Source: Yuukianura sp. NJ FZ-2021 | Lineage: Eukaryota | Reading direction: 5' to 3' | DNA length: 64,000 nucleotides | NCBI GenBank assembly: GCA_046563655.1 | Contig: CM102285.1 | Span: 9,858,001 to 9,922,000, forward strand | Shown: in pieces, positions 38,894-52,755 of the stretch | Layout: every line of letters starts with the position of its first letter | Position numbering within the stretch: position 1 is the first letter of the stretch | The notes under the pieces: generated by a model | Told to the model about the DNA's origin: nothing | The model's database searches: none | Seen by the model: only the letters and a program-made list of their open reading frames with translations | Translations under genes and position numbers: made by a program

Positions 38894-40010
38894 TCCATGC
38901 CTTAAAATCAAATTACGCTGGATTCGACTCGGAGTCAAGCGTTCGTTGGAAAAACGAACTGAAGATTATTATCTTGAGATTATTTTCAAGAAGTCAAAGT
39001 CAAGAAACTATTCAATTCAGACATACAACTTATTTATGGAATACCAACGGATCATGTGTAAATTCTCAACTTCCGAAGAAGACTGATTATTTTCGGTAAG
39101 TGATTATTAATTAAGTCTTCAAGTCAGTTTATATAGATTCAAGAGGTTAATTTTATTTTAAAAAGAAAATCAGTGAAATTGAATTTACAAAGTTATGAAT
39201 CACGATTGTTATAAAGTTAATAAACCAGGGTGAAATGTCGAACTGGAATTTGTATTTAATTTTTCAGTTAGGTTGGCCCTGAGTGACCCTTAAACTCTGA
39301 ACACAGGCAAAGGACCTACGAATTATGTAGCACCAATCGATTAGTTTAAGAGAATGAATTAATTAACTATGTGTAAACTTTTGAATTGTTGTGTCTCAAT
39401 TTGTGAATGTGTTACACTGAGCCCGGGAATTCAACGAATGTTTCTAATTTGAAACGGGCGAAATTTGACAATCAAAGCAGAAAAAAGAAATTGCGATTTG
39501 CGAATCGGACGGAATTTAACAACTGCAGAGTGCAAATTCAGTCGATTTCTTTACGACAGGGACTGACAACGACAAGTAAAGCAAGAGAAGTTGAGTTTGC
39601 CGTCCTTTTTGCTTGTTTTTGTTGTTCGGATCAATCATAAAGTCTTCATCGCATTGGCATCGATCTGAGGAGCTGAATAGAAAGGTAAGGTTAATTTAAT
39701 TTGTACTTGATTTTTAGGTAACTTCGAAGACTTCGATTTCGGTGTGACAGGAATCCAACGCATCGACTATTACGTTAAATTACTATTACGTAAATTTACT
39801 TATAATCATTTAGGCAAAGCCGGCCTATAATATAATCACTGGGAGTCGCTGACGATAAGGTTTATAAAATTGCAATTTTTTTAAACACTACTACAAAACA
39901 ACTGACAGTAATCGGGCAGTGTACTTCTATCCGAAAAACTGACGATAACAAAAACTGTCCAATTAATGCGCTGTCAACCGTTTTGTTGGTTCCAGATCGT
40001 GAACTTACCA

Positions 40011-43000
40011 ATGGAGATGGCGTCGTCGCTGAAAAATAAATCTAATCAACAGTACCTGTATTCGGCACCACGCTCCACAGAATATTTACGAAATATCCGC
40101 TTATCGTCAAATGGTCCATTCGGTAATCTTCCATTTAAGCCGGTTTCCAATTCTGCAGATGGTGAAAGATTCATCAGTTTGGTTGAACATAAGAAATCGA
40201 GAATTCAAACCTCCGGAAGACGGTTAGAAATGATATAACTTTCGTATGTGCTTTAGGTATAATAAACGTTGTTTTGTTGTTATAACCTTTATCGTGCTTT
40301 CAGAGATGGACCAATCTTGTTCTCGCGTGTGAAAGATTTTCTCAAGGAATCTACACATCACTCACATCATAAATTCATTGAAGCAGACTGTGACAAATTC
40401 TATTCCATTGCCAGAGAATTCACCGCTTTGGCCGAACTTCCTGGCGGTACTCAAGGAGGTGCTGATGAAGTAGGAATTATGATTCTCCATCTTTTTTTGA
40501 GTAACACTGATCCTAGTCCTAGAAATCCAGTTTCATCAGGAAAGTCAACTGCTAACCAGAAGCAAACGTCCGCTCTCAAACAATACTTTGGAGTGGTAGA
40601 GTCTAATCTAATCACTGCGGCTGCGCAAAGTTTTAATGCTCTCATACAATGGGTTGAACCGGATCAACGGCGTGAGTTAGCAAAGAAGGTAAGTCTTTGG
40701 AAGGACGGAAACATTGACGACTCTTCCGGTGATGATTCCAGTCTATTTCCATTCGGACGTATGAAATTCACAGAAAGTATACCGAGTACAGAAGATTCAG
40801 AACTATTCGACCATTCCGTAGCAAGACTGCTTCCACTTCGAGACACTGCCGCTTCTACCAAAGGAAGTTCGCAGCAAGATCACCTGTCTGAAGAAGATAG
40901 GAAAATATTTGCGCTGTTTGCGGCTTCTGATGATTCGGAGCCAACGCCTGGCCCTTCTTCCGCTCCAACAAGACCTACTTCTTCTGTATCAGCAACAAAA
41001 GGAATCGCCTGGGATCGAACCTATCTGCTCAACATGATTGGAAATGAAGATATTCTACAAGCCTTACTTACAATTGTCAACTCCAACAAATCAAACGATG
41101 AGATTCAAGACCAACTCTTTGATCTACTTGGATTTGAAAGGATTGACCTCATCTCCAATATTCTGAGTAATCGGCAAACAATCAACAAAAATTTGAAACA
41201 AGAAGAGGCCATGACTTTAGCACAGAAAAATAGGGTCGTATCATTAAATTCGACACAATCACATCCAGTACTTGGAGTCACTATTCAATCAGCTGAGGAC
41301 AAAGTCATGGATAAAATGTACCGGAAAGCCGAGAAGAAAGCTAAAAATGCCGCTTCGATGTTGTGCGATTCATTTGCAATTTCCGAAACTCTTGAAGACA
41401 CTCAATCAAATGCAAACCAAAAGGTCGACAATTCATTTCGATCTGCTGTTAGACCTAATGGCCTCACCCTAAACTTGGATAGTCCAAACGTCTACGACAG
41501 TTTCGCAGAAATTAAGCAGAAGGCTGGATTTATTTCGGGACAGAAAATTGTTTTGTCTGATAATATGATACGAAAGACAACTTCCAGTTACGAAGAAATC
41601 AGTATTCCTGCAGAAGTAAAACAAGTTCCGAGGAATGCGCTGAATAAAGAGCTCATCAAGATTTCTGCCTTGGATGCTGTTGCACAAGAAGTTTTCAGAG
41701 GAATGACGAACCTGAACAGAATTCAAACTCTAGTCTTTGAAACTGCTTACAAAACAAATGAGAACTTACTCGTCTGTGCTCCTACCGGTAATAAACAGAT
41801 TATTTATTTTTGCAAACTTAAAACCTAACTTAACATATGTAATTTGTAATCTTTAGGTGCTGGAAAAACTAATATAGCCCTTCTATCGATACTTCAATGC
41901 ATTAGGAGCAACACCGAGCACGGAGTAATAATGAGAGACCAATTTAAGGTACGTTTTAAGTGATGTGAATTTTCAAATTGATGGGAAACTATTTAAATAC
42001 GACTTAAATTGTGTTTTTTTTCTTGTTACAGATTGTGTATGTTGCACCGATGAAGGCTCTTGCTGCAGAAATGACTGCCAACTTCTCCAAGAGATTAGCG
42101 ACATTGGGAGTTTCAGTACGAGAGTTGACAGGGGATATGCAATTGACAAAAACGGAAATCACACAGACTCAGATGCTGGTAACAACACCGGAGAAGTGGG
42201 ATGTTGTTACACGGAAGTCTACTGGAGATGTTGCACTGGCTCAAATTGTCAAACTACTCATTATCGATGAAGTCCATTTACTTCACGGAGATCGCGGGCC
42301 CGTTGTTGAATCCCTTGTTGCTAGAACCCTGCGACAGGTAAGCAGTCTAAAACGTCTCTATCTCAATGCCGGCCCCAAACTTACAAAACTGAAACATATT
42401 GTGTTGCAATTGTATCGTTTTATTGAAATATCTTAGGTGGAGTCATCACAAAGAATGATTAGAATTGTCGGTCTTTCAGCTACGTTACCCAATTACCGAG
42501 ACGTCGCGATTTTTCTTCGGGTGAATCTAAGAGTAGGCCTCTTTTATTTCGATTCACGATTTCGTCCAGTTCCATTGGGTCAAACATTCGTGGGTGTCAA
42601 GGGTCTAAGTATTTTGGATCAACAACGACAAATGGACCAGTGTTGTTATGAAAAAGTTTATGAAATGGTTTCAAAAGGACACCAGGTAACAGTATACATA
42701 TAATAATATTATAGTTAAGATAGAATCCTGTTTTTGAAAGACATTTTTTGAGGATCCTACACTTAAGCTAACAACATTTCTTTTCGAAGGAAAATTAATT
42801 CAGTTTTCATTTTCAGGTCATGGTATTCGTACATGCGAGAAATGCCACCGTGAAAACGGCGGAAATCATGATTGAAATCGCTTCAAAAGCAGGTCAGCTG
42901 GAAACTTTTTTGATGAAAAAGTCATCTGACGAGTCTCGTGGTGATTATGGAAAGGCAATGAAATCCTTCGAAAAATCACGTAACAAAAAATTGCCCGAAT

Positions 43001-46000
43001 TATTTCAAAAAGGATTCTCTGTTCATCATGCTGGACTTCTCAGGGCTGATCGGTTAGTTTAAATAGATTCGGATCATTTCCCTTACCAAACAAAACTCGT
43101 CTGATGAAGAAAACACTCCAAAACGTTTTGTCAAAGTATTTTCTTTTTTGCTTTATTTGCAGGAATATAGTGGAGAAATTGTTCGCTGACGGATTTATTC
43201 GTGTCTTAGTTTGCACCGCGACGCTTGCTTGGGGTGTCAATCTACCGGCGCACGCTGTAATTATCAAGGTATAAGCTACTATTTACTATTTTAGTTTATT
43301 GTCCCATAACAAAACTAGGATAAATTATTACACATTCATCTCAAAATATTGATTTGGTGTTACTATTTCTGATTTTTAGGGGACTGAGATTTATGACTCG
43401 AAGCAAGGTACCTTTGTCGATTTGGGGATTTTGGATGTTTTGCAAATCTTTGGCCGAGCTGGACGACCGCAATTTGACAAAGAGGGTCACGGTACCATTA
43501 TCACCACTCATGACAAGCTTGCACATTACCTTTCATTGCTTACCAACCAAATCCCGATTGAGAGCAACTTTATCAAGTTCCTGACGGACAACCTGAATGC
43601 TGAGGTGTTTATTTTGTTTGCAAAGTATTATGAATGAATTATATTGATTTGGTTTTTAAATAATTTTGCAGATTTCATTGGGATCTATCTCAAATGTGAA
43701 CGAAGCAATGGACTGGTTGACTTACACTTACTTGTACGTCCGAATGCGACGTAATCCAACTTTATACGGACTACCCTATACGGCTGTTGAAGAAGATCCA
43801 GTATTAACGTTTCGAAGAAAAGAACTCATCGTCGAAGCTGCCAAAAGCTTGGAGCAAGCTCAAATGATTCGATTTGATGAACGAACGGAATATTTATATT
43901 CAACTGGTGAGAGAAAACACAAAAACGTCAAAGAATTGACATACACGATACGATACATTTTTATTTTGTCTTAGATTTGGGAAGGACTGCAAGTAACTAC
44001 TACATCAAATACGACACGGTTCAAGTATTCAACGAGATCTTGCATCCCATCATGGGTAGAGACGCCATTTTGATGATGATATCCAAAGCCACCGAATTTG
44101 AGCAGCTAAAAGTCCGAGATGAAGAACTGGACGAGTTGGACGATCTTTCACGTGAATACTGCAACCTCAAAGTTTGGGGTGGAGCAGAAAATATTCATGG
44201 GAAAGTCAGTATCCTAATCCAAACGTACATTTCCAGAGCCTTTGTAAAATCATTCTCCCTCATGTCAGATATGCAGTATGTTACGCAGGTAAGTGATAAT
44301 TTATTAGTTGGTTAGTTAGTTAGTAATCGTTTAAGTATGTGCAAGATGAAGGTAACAATTTTCGACTGTTTTTGAACTTTCAGAACTCAGCGAGAATTTG
44401 TCGTGGGTTTTTCGAAATTGTTTTGAGACAAGGAAATCCAATTCTTGCAGGAAGGCTTCTGGAGTTTTGCAAAATGCTGGATCAGCAACAATGGGACACT
44501 GCTCATCCTCTGAGGCAGCATCCTCATTTATCACCGGAAATTTTGCAAAAACTGGAAAACGGGAAAATGACAATGGACTTCCTGAGAGAGACTCCTGCTG
44601 ATGAAATTGGCGCTTTGCTGCGACATCCAAAAATGGGACCAACAGTGAAAAAGTGTGCCGAAGAAATGCCAAATCTTGAAGTTGACGTTTTAACCCAACC
44701 GATCACTCGAACGGTACTGCGTCTAACGATTTCCATAATGCCAAATTTCCGGTAAGTTTAATCTACACGAAATTAACTTTAGCTATAAAACAAAAGTCTT
44801 GTTTTAAAGTACGTTTTTGGTAAAATACATTCAAGATGGAATGATCGACTGCACGGAAACGTTTCCGAGGGTTTTTGGATTTGGGTAGAAGATCCTGAGA
44901 CGAACTCCATGTATCATAATGAGTATTTCCTCATCACCAAGCGTCAAGTAATTGAGATGATGCCGAATATATTCTTTCTTTGTATTTGGATGTATATAAA
45001 AAGCCGTATCGACTGCCATTTTGTTTCAGGTTTTGAAGCAAGAACGACAAGAAGTAATTTTTACGATACCGATCTCGGATCCACTTCCCACGCAGTACTT
45101 GGTCAGAATCGTTTCAGACCGATTTCTCGGCTCGACTCAAATAATCCCAGTTTCATTCCAGCATCTCATTCTTCCGGAACAGCATCCGCCACACACCAAT
45201 CTTCTTGACTTAGATCCACTCCCAATTACAGCGTTGAGAGATACGCGTTTCGAACTGCTCTATCGATTCCAATTCTTCAATCCAATCCAAACACAAATAT
45301 TCCACTCTCTGTACCATACAGATTCAAACGTTTTAGTTGGTGCTCCGACTGGTTCTGGAAAGACAATCGCTGCAGAATTGGCGATGCTGCGAGTATTCCG
45401 TGTTTACCCGGGGTCAAAGGTAACAATGAGTTGAATCTGTATAATGTTCTCAATATTCGCGTCTTCATTTTCTTAAATTCCGGTTTTAGGTCGTTTACAT
45501 TGCTCCACTCAAAGCGCTGGTTCGAGAACGAATTACGGATTGGAAACAGCGTCTTCAAGGTCGACTGGGAAAGAAAGTTGTGGAACTCACAGGAGATGTG
45601 ACTCCAGACGTTCGAGCGATTTCAGAAGCTGATGTTATTGTTACAACTCCTGAGAAATGGGATGGTATTAGCCGAAGTTGGCAAACCAGAACGTATGTTC
45701 AGGTAAGCACATAAATTCTTAGAATATTAATAGCAGAAAAGTTTGCTTAAAAAGTGGAAACTTCATTAATGTTTCTCCTCTCAGGCCGTGGCTCTCATAG
45801 TTATTGACGAGATTCATCTGTTGGGTGAAGATCGGGGTCCCGTTTTGGAAGTGATCGTGTCAAGAACGAACTTCATCAGTCAGTATACCGAGAAGAAGTT
45901 GAGAGTTGTAGGGCTTTCCACTGCCCTGGCAAATGCTCGGGATTTGGCTGATTGGTTAGGAATCAAAGGCTTCGAGGGACTTTTCAACTTCCGTCCGTCA

Positions 46001-48448
46001 TGCCGTCCAGTGCCAATTCAAGTTCATATCTCTGGGTTTCCTGGAAAACACTACTGTCCGCGGATGGCCACTATGAACAAACCCGCATATCAAGTACGAA
46101 ATTGTGGTGTTTTGCACATAAGTTTTATGAATAATCGATTTTGTTTGAAATTTTAGGCTATTCGAGAGCATTCTCCTGCGAAACCAGTGTTGATTTTCGT
46201 ATCTTCACGACGGCAAACTCGATTGACAGCGTTGGATTTGATTGCCTACCTTGCAGGAGATGGAAATCCGAAGCAATGGCTGCACATGGACGAACAGGAA
46301 ATTGATTACATAATTCAAGGTGTCAAGGAATCCAACTTGAGATTAACGCTTTCTTTTGGAATCGGGATTCACCATGCTGGTTTGCAGGAAAATGACAGAA
46401 AAGTCGTCGAAGAATTATTCGTGAATCAAAAAATCCAGGTTAGTAGAAAGCCATTATAATTTTTGCATTAGATCTAGAAGCAGCTACAACAACTACCAGT
46501 TACTTTTCTAATTGATTTTTTTTACTTAGGTGTTAATTGCTACAGCTACTTTGGCCTGGGGTGTGAATTTTCCAGCACATTTAGTTGTAATCAAAGGAAC
46601 TGAATACTATGACGGAAAAACTCATCGATATGTGGACATGCCAATAACAGATGTATTGCAAATGATGGGAAGAGCTGGTCGGCCGCAATTCGATACTGAA
46701 GGAGTGGCTGTGGTTTTAGTTCATGATCAAAAGAAAAACTTCTACAAGAAGTTCCTTTACGAACCATTCCCGGTGGAGAGTTCCTTACTGGAAGTCCTTC
46801 CCGACCACTTGAATGCAGAAGTTGTTGCTGGAACGATCACGACTAATCAGGAAGCACTTAATTACCTAACGTGCACTTACTTCTTCCGAAGACTCTTACA
46901 AAATCCATCGTATTACCATCTCGAGTCAAGTGAGCCTGCCGATGTCAACAAACACCTTTCAAACCTAGTTTCAAGTGCCTTCCAAGTCCTCGAGCGTGCC
47001 TCTTGTATCTACATTCACGATGTAAGGAATTGCATAACACCTTAGCTTTAAAGATTCTTATACATGTGAATTCCTAAGTTTGTGTTTATGATATTTTAAT
47101 TTATAGGATCTCAGAACTGTTGAGCCAACTTCCTTTGGGAGGATCGCAGCTTACTACTATTTGTCACACCAGACGATGCGACACTTCCGTGACTGCCTAG
47201 GCCCAAATTATAGTTTAGAAGATTTGCTGAATGTTTTGACTCTTGTGAATGAATACGCCCAACTTCCAGTTCGACACAATGAAGACTTGCTCAATGAAGA
47301 ATTGGCAAAGGACTGCCCAATTGAAGTTGCTGCTGGCACCTACAATTCACCTCATACGAAAACCCATTTGTTACTTCAGTGTCATTTCTCCAGACTTCAG
47401 TTGCCAAGTTCAGATTACTATACTGACTTGAAATCAGTGTTGGACCAAGCACTTCGAATACTCCAAGCGATGATTGATGCTTGTGCGGAGAACGGATGGC
47501 TATTACAAACACTCAGATGCATCCACTTAATTCAAATGGTTGTGCAAGGTCGATGGCTAGAAGATGATGCGTTCATGGCGTTGCCATTTGTTGATGAAAT
47601 GGGAGCCGCAGCACTCGCGAAGAAGTTCAAGGTCGATACAATTCCGCAGTTACAATTGCTGACGAAGAAAAACTCCATGGATATGCAGCAGGTTCTTATG
47701 CCACTCCTTGAAGATCCCAATCAGTTTCAACTGGTAAGGTTTTAACTAAACTCTGGTCGTGAATGACCTTCGACCTTCGCAAACAACAAACTTAAATTAT
47801 GAAACCGTTTTAATTAATTTTTCTTCCACAGATTTACAAAACGCTGCAAGAAATACCTGTGATAACGTTAAAATTGGTCTTGGAGGTTGGTGGCGAGAAG
47901 ATTTCATTGCCAATCAGTGAAGGCTCTCAGCGTTTGTGGGTCAATGTTCCAAAGGAGAAAGAAATGGCGCTGATTTTGCACTTGACTAGAGAAAATTCCT
48001 TTCCGAAAGACATGAAAGTCTTTGCCCCAAAGTTTTCTAAGGTACTTAATTTGACCATTGCTAGAGATTAATTATTTTTTATTGCGAACCTATGGATTTC
48101 TATCTCTTTATGGTTGGAATTTCTTGACAAACATGTTCAAATGTTTACTTTTGTTTACTTCAGGTCAAGGAGGAAGGTTGGTTCATTGTGTTGGGTGACC
48201 TAGAGAAAAGAGAAGTGATTGCATTGAAAAGGAGTGGTGGTATCAAGAGAACTTTGTCACAGCAGTTGAAACTTGAGCCTGTCACGTCTCCTGGTAAACC
48301 CTGATACATTCTTTCAAGTGAACTTTAAAGTGATTTTTAATTGTTGTTTGAAATTCTTTCAGGTCGTGTGATTTACAATTTGTACCTTATGTCAGACGCT
48401 TACCTCGGTGTTGACTATCAGTATGAACTGTCCTTGAACTTTGTCTAA
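40011..48448 (+). CDS. ASCC3: Activating signal cointegrator 1 complex subunit 3 (ASCC3/Slh1), tandem Ski2-like helicase with two Sec63 domains
   Basis: About 21 coding exons. Cassette 1: [57 protein letters not shown]. Cassette 2: [51 protein letters not shown]. It ends [22 protein letters not shown]. The intact second cassette and the KHYCPRM signature distinguish it from BRR2. The start codon is less certain; a probable 5' UTR exon ends at ~39684. Confidence 0.96.
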
Positions 48449-49325
48449 ACCAGTGAAAAGTATACTGTAACAATTAACTGGAAGCTCAAAAAATTATTTT
48501 TCGATCACTAGAAATTTGATTTTTCGGAAACTATTGCGTCTACTTTGTTTAATAGTAGATGCAATAGTTTGCTAATAGAACGTCATCTAAATGGTATTAA
48601 AGTTAAATCAGTGCCCTTAGCTGACGCACAGAGACGACGCCAATGTTATAGCCTTCCTTTTATTGGTGGCTACGTGCAATGTGCAATGTGTGTCGTGTCA
48701 CACTGACGCAAACGCAACTGATAAATATAAGTTATCTTTGTGTGATTTGTATGGCTAGTGCGAACCTGTTTACGATTTGACCTTGCAGAATTGTACCAAT
48801 GACTCACCAAAAGTGTGGATGGCATTTTCTCAACACTTTGTGACGTATTTGGAAGGTCTCAGGAAGTTTGCGTTTGTTAATTCCATTGAAATTAATTAAC
48901 AGCTTTGTCCAGAAAATCCATTCCATTGTCACGTCGGATGTTGGTTTTAAATTAATTGCTAGGTGTGCTGAAGTATTTTAAAAAAATCAAAGGATGTGGT
49001 CAAGTTCGTTTGTGTGTTCAAGGCAGGGAGGATCATAGTGTGACGCTACTTTAATGCCACTTATGGCTCCTCCACTGCAATTCGTTGTTGAATCGTGGGT
49101 AATTTAATGAAGGAGTTGTTAATTACTACCTACTAATTCATGTGTCATCTCACTGCTGAATTACTACCCAAGTAACCCCCAAAAACCACAAAGGCAATGG
49201 GAATCGAGGAGAATAATATATATATATATACCAAGATTCACTTCCAGTCTCCACTTAAAATCACTTTAGTCATCATCACGATCATCAGAATAACAATTGG
49301 TGTTAAACTATTGTTCCTTATCACA

Positions 49326-49941
49326 ATGAACTACAGTTCCGCTACAGCATTTATTTTGACAATAGCCATTTTTCACATTTGTGTGGCTCAGCCGCATGGA
49401 AAAGATGGACAGAATTTTGAGAATTTAAAATACACGTTCGGGGAAGGAGGTAAGCAGTAATCAAAAATATTGTTTGAAAAATCTCATTTGTTTACTAAAA
49501 TTTTGCTGTGTTTTGCAGAGGAACTCCCCGCAGGTTTCTTTGATACTCCAGAAGCAATGGAGAAGCGCTCTACAACTCGCGGCTACCCAGCATGTCAAGA
49601 CGGAAGTGGTGGAATGTGCATTGAGGCTGGACAGTGTCCGCCGCATTTGAAGGCCGAAAGCATCGCGGGACGCGTAGCTTGTCCCAGCGGAAAAGAGTGC
49701 TGTTATGGAGGTAATTTTTCAATCTCCAGTTGAATTTGAACTTTGAATTTTCTTGTATTTTGCACAGTTTCTAAATGAAGTGATTTTGATTTTAGGTCCA
49801 ATGAATTCCCGGACTCCTTGTCGTGACCGTGGGGGAGAATGTACTGCCCCACCCAGGTCATGTGGAAATGGTCCCCAGTTGAGGAACGGAACAGAATGCA
49901 ATCATAATCGTGGAGAAATTTGTTGCATTTGGACTTTCTAG
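49326..49941 (+). CDS. Secreted cysteine-rich prepropeptide with two beta-defensin-fold-like domains (tick carboxypeptidase inhibitor / scoloptoxin-19-like architecture), 153 aa
   Basis: Exons 49326-49449, 49519-49710, 49796-49941. Signal peptide MNYSSATAFILTIAIFHICVA, an acidic pro-region ending in EKR, then C-x7-C-x5-C-x14-C-x5-CC and C-x6-C-x6-C-x11-C-x7-CC. AATAAA lies ~16 nt after the stop. The family assignment rests on Cys spacing only. Confidence 0.8.
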
Positions 49942-52317
49942 GTTGATTTTTTAAGAAATAAACTAATTTTTAAATTGGAAAATCATAGATTCTGCAAAGT
50001 CCGTCGCTCTAGTCATGTTCCGAAACAACATTTGATGTGAAATTTTTCATAAAACACACCTTGAAAGTTTTTGCCAAATTTTGAAAAGATCGCTGGATTA
50101 GTATGTTCTTAGGAATTTTGTTGAAAATCAACCTAATTTTGAATTTTCATTTTAAGGGTTTAAAATATTCTTCGGATCATTCTGAGAACAATCGTGAAGG
50201 AATTAGCAATTTAGCGCATTGCGTTCCGGAGATATGAATTTTTAAAGTTTCTGAATTTTTGGAAAGTGATTTTCCATTGGTGAGGCAAAGGAACCTGTTT
50301 GAAAAGTGTCCGGAGCTATGCGGAGATTAGGCGACTCGGAAAGGCTCCTCACCTTGCTCAACTTTTTTCCCGCTGGCGGCCTCCCCATACAAAAATCCAA
50401 AAAGCAGAAAGAGGCTACCTGCCTCTTTGGGCCGTATGATCCCCTGTCTACTTCTCTGCTCTGCCAAAGGCCTCCCCATGTAAAAGACTCTTTCGAAACT
50501 TGAACTTGGACCTCACGCTTATTTCCACAGCTAGTACATTTCTATTAGTCAAGTCCACAGATCGCACGCATCTCCTTTGCAAATACCTATCACACTTAAT
50601 TTCGCATAAAAATTTGCAAAAAAAATCTTACCTTCAATATGCTCTGAAATTTCGATATAAAAAACGTTCACACGGTATAATCCATGCTATGCAGAATTCT
50701 AGAAACTTGCAAAACAGGAGACACAAGCACAGTTCACCATTTTGTTCCCACTTTAGAAAATTTTAAAAATTTCAATCTTGCAAAAATTCTGCTTCTCCAT
50801 CGCACGATTCATGTTGCGAAACATTTTGATTTTCAGATTTTCTCACCTAATACAAAAGTCGGTTTTCTTTTGTTTTATCTTGAATCCAGATTAAACAATT
50901 TATTTATCCACCCAGGTATGTGAATTGATATTAAGGTAGATTTTTATTTATTTTGACATGGCGTTTAGTTTATAGCAATTAAAATTTTCGTTTTTTTCTC
51001 TCACTTTTGCAATTCGATGCACCAAAACGTTATGTTAAAATTTGCGATCATGGGTTTTTACTTTTGGGAATTGAATTGTCAGTTCTTTGCTGAAATGATT
51101 TGCATCCTTGATTGCTTAGTTAGAGCTAATTCGTTATTCCTCAAAAATAAAGTCTGATCTCTCCGGAACAAAGTTTCAAAAAATACAAAGAATAGGCTAG
51201 GTTATTAAACCTTACTTTGCTTATTAAGTTAGATAAGGTTTAAATGTAAGAAAAAAGTTCAAAATTCAACACCAAGTTTTTGGCTAAATTTTGAAAAAAA
51301 AATTGTGGGCTAGTTCAGGATGAAGAGGAGTTTTATTCGTAGGAAGCGTTTGACGCTACAGGGTATGAAATTGCCTGGAGGTTCTGAAATTTTGTTGGCT
51401 GGTTTTGTTGGAAAAGAATGGAATTATTGTTGGTAGAATTCTGAGTAGTGCATAATAATAGGATGCTGTAATAGCCTCACTTCCATTCCCTTTGTGCTCT
51501 GGGCCATTCATTCTTAAAAGTTTGGAATTACGTTCATGGCCTCTGGCTCCAGAAATGACAGGAACCTCATCATCCAGAAACTGCCCTGCAGGTATTTCAA
51601 ATCCTGTCGAAACGCATCAATGATATTTTGGATTTAGATGGAAGCGTACTTACTTTTGTAAGGCATGATCAAAGAATTAAAAAGTAGAATAAGAGTCATG
51701 AATAAGAAATTGGCAAAATAAAACCGAATTGTTCAAAAACACTGCACACAACATTGGCATCGCGTCAGCTTTTTCACAATTTTCAGTTGTACATTTTACA
51801 AAAGGTAATCCAATTTTTATTGAAACTGTGCAACTCATGGAACACTTGGTACCGAATAGTCACATAACCACGTTGGACTCTTTCTTGAGATTTTGATTCA
51901 GGCGAGAGGAACGGAATTGTGCAAAACGTTGTGACAACTTAAAATTTCTGATACTCAAAATCTCTCGCTGCACAAATTTCTGGTTGTTATAGTTTTGTTG
52001 TGCACTTTAACGGTTAACAGAGTGTACCATTCGGTACGTGGGCGTACACAGAAATCTTTTTGGTTGTGCGGTGCTGCGCATTATAAAGGTTACGCTGTAA
52101 AATGCAGAGTGAAAGCACCACAACCGCCACCAATACTTATTTCGACGATGGTAAAAGTTTCACAACATTGACTTTCAAAAAAAAACATTTCGCACAAATT
52201 CATACAGGTTTACTCAAAAAAGATTTTGACAGGTTAACGTATAAGTGTACTTTGGTTTCAGTTTGATTCGGCATTGAATTTTTGCGGGGTATAATTGACA
52301 CCTACTTTCTCCAAGCG

Positions 52318-52755
52318 AAAACCGCTTTTGCCATTTTGTCAAAAGAGAAGATACCGTTTTTCATAATTTTGGGTTTTGAAAGCCAGGTCCGAGCAAATGG
52401 AATTTTACAGACCGTTTTCACCGTTTTGTTTAGAATGGAGAAACCGTATTTCACAATTTTGGGCTTGGGCTTGAAGGTAACGTCCGACAAATGGAACCCA
52501 AAAAACCACTTTCACCATTTTGTGCAAAGTGAAGAAACGTTTTTTGCGTTTTGAAACCAAGGTAACGTCAGAGTATATGGCATTCAAAAAACCGCTTTCA
52601 CCGTTGTTCAAAGTGGAAAAACCGTTGTTAATAATTTTGCGTTTTGAAACAAAAGGTATCGTCTGAGGAACTGGTATTTAAAAAACCGCTTTCACCATTG
52701 GGTTCAAAGTGGAAAAACCGTTTCCATAATTTTTGGTTTTTGAAACCAAGGAAAC
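52318..52755. repeat. Degenerate ~90-bp tandem repeat, ~5 copies
   Basis: The unit core accgctttcacc...caaagtggaaaaaccgtt...ataattttg.gttttgaaaccaaggtaacgtc recurs at 52321, 52411, 52505, 52591 and 52685 (periods 90, 94, 86, 94). Confidence 0.85.

Noticed and set aside
40011..48448. BRR2/SNRNP200 identity
   Set aside because: The second cassette has intact GSGKT/DEIH motifs and the ASCC3-type [10 protein letters not shown] sequence, and the N-terminus is not BRR2-like.
52318..52755. CRISPR-like regularly spaced repeats
   Set aside because: The whole ~90-bp unit is repeated and degenerate with no unique spacers. The context is eukaryotic and there are no cas genes.
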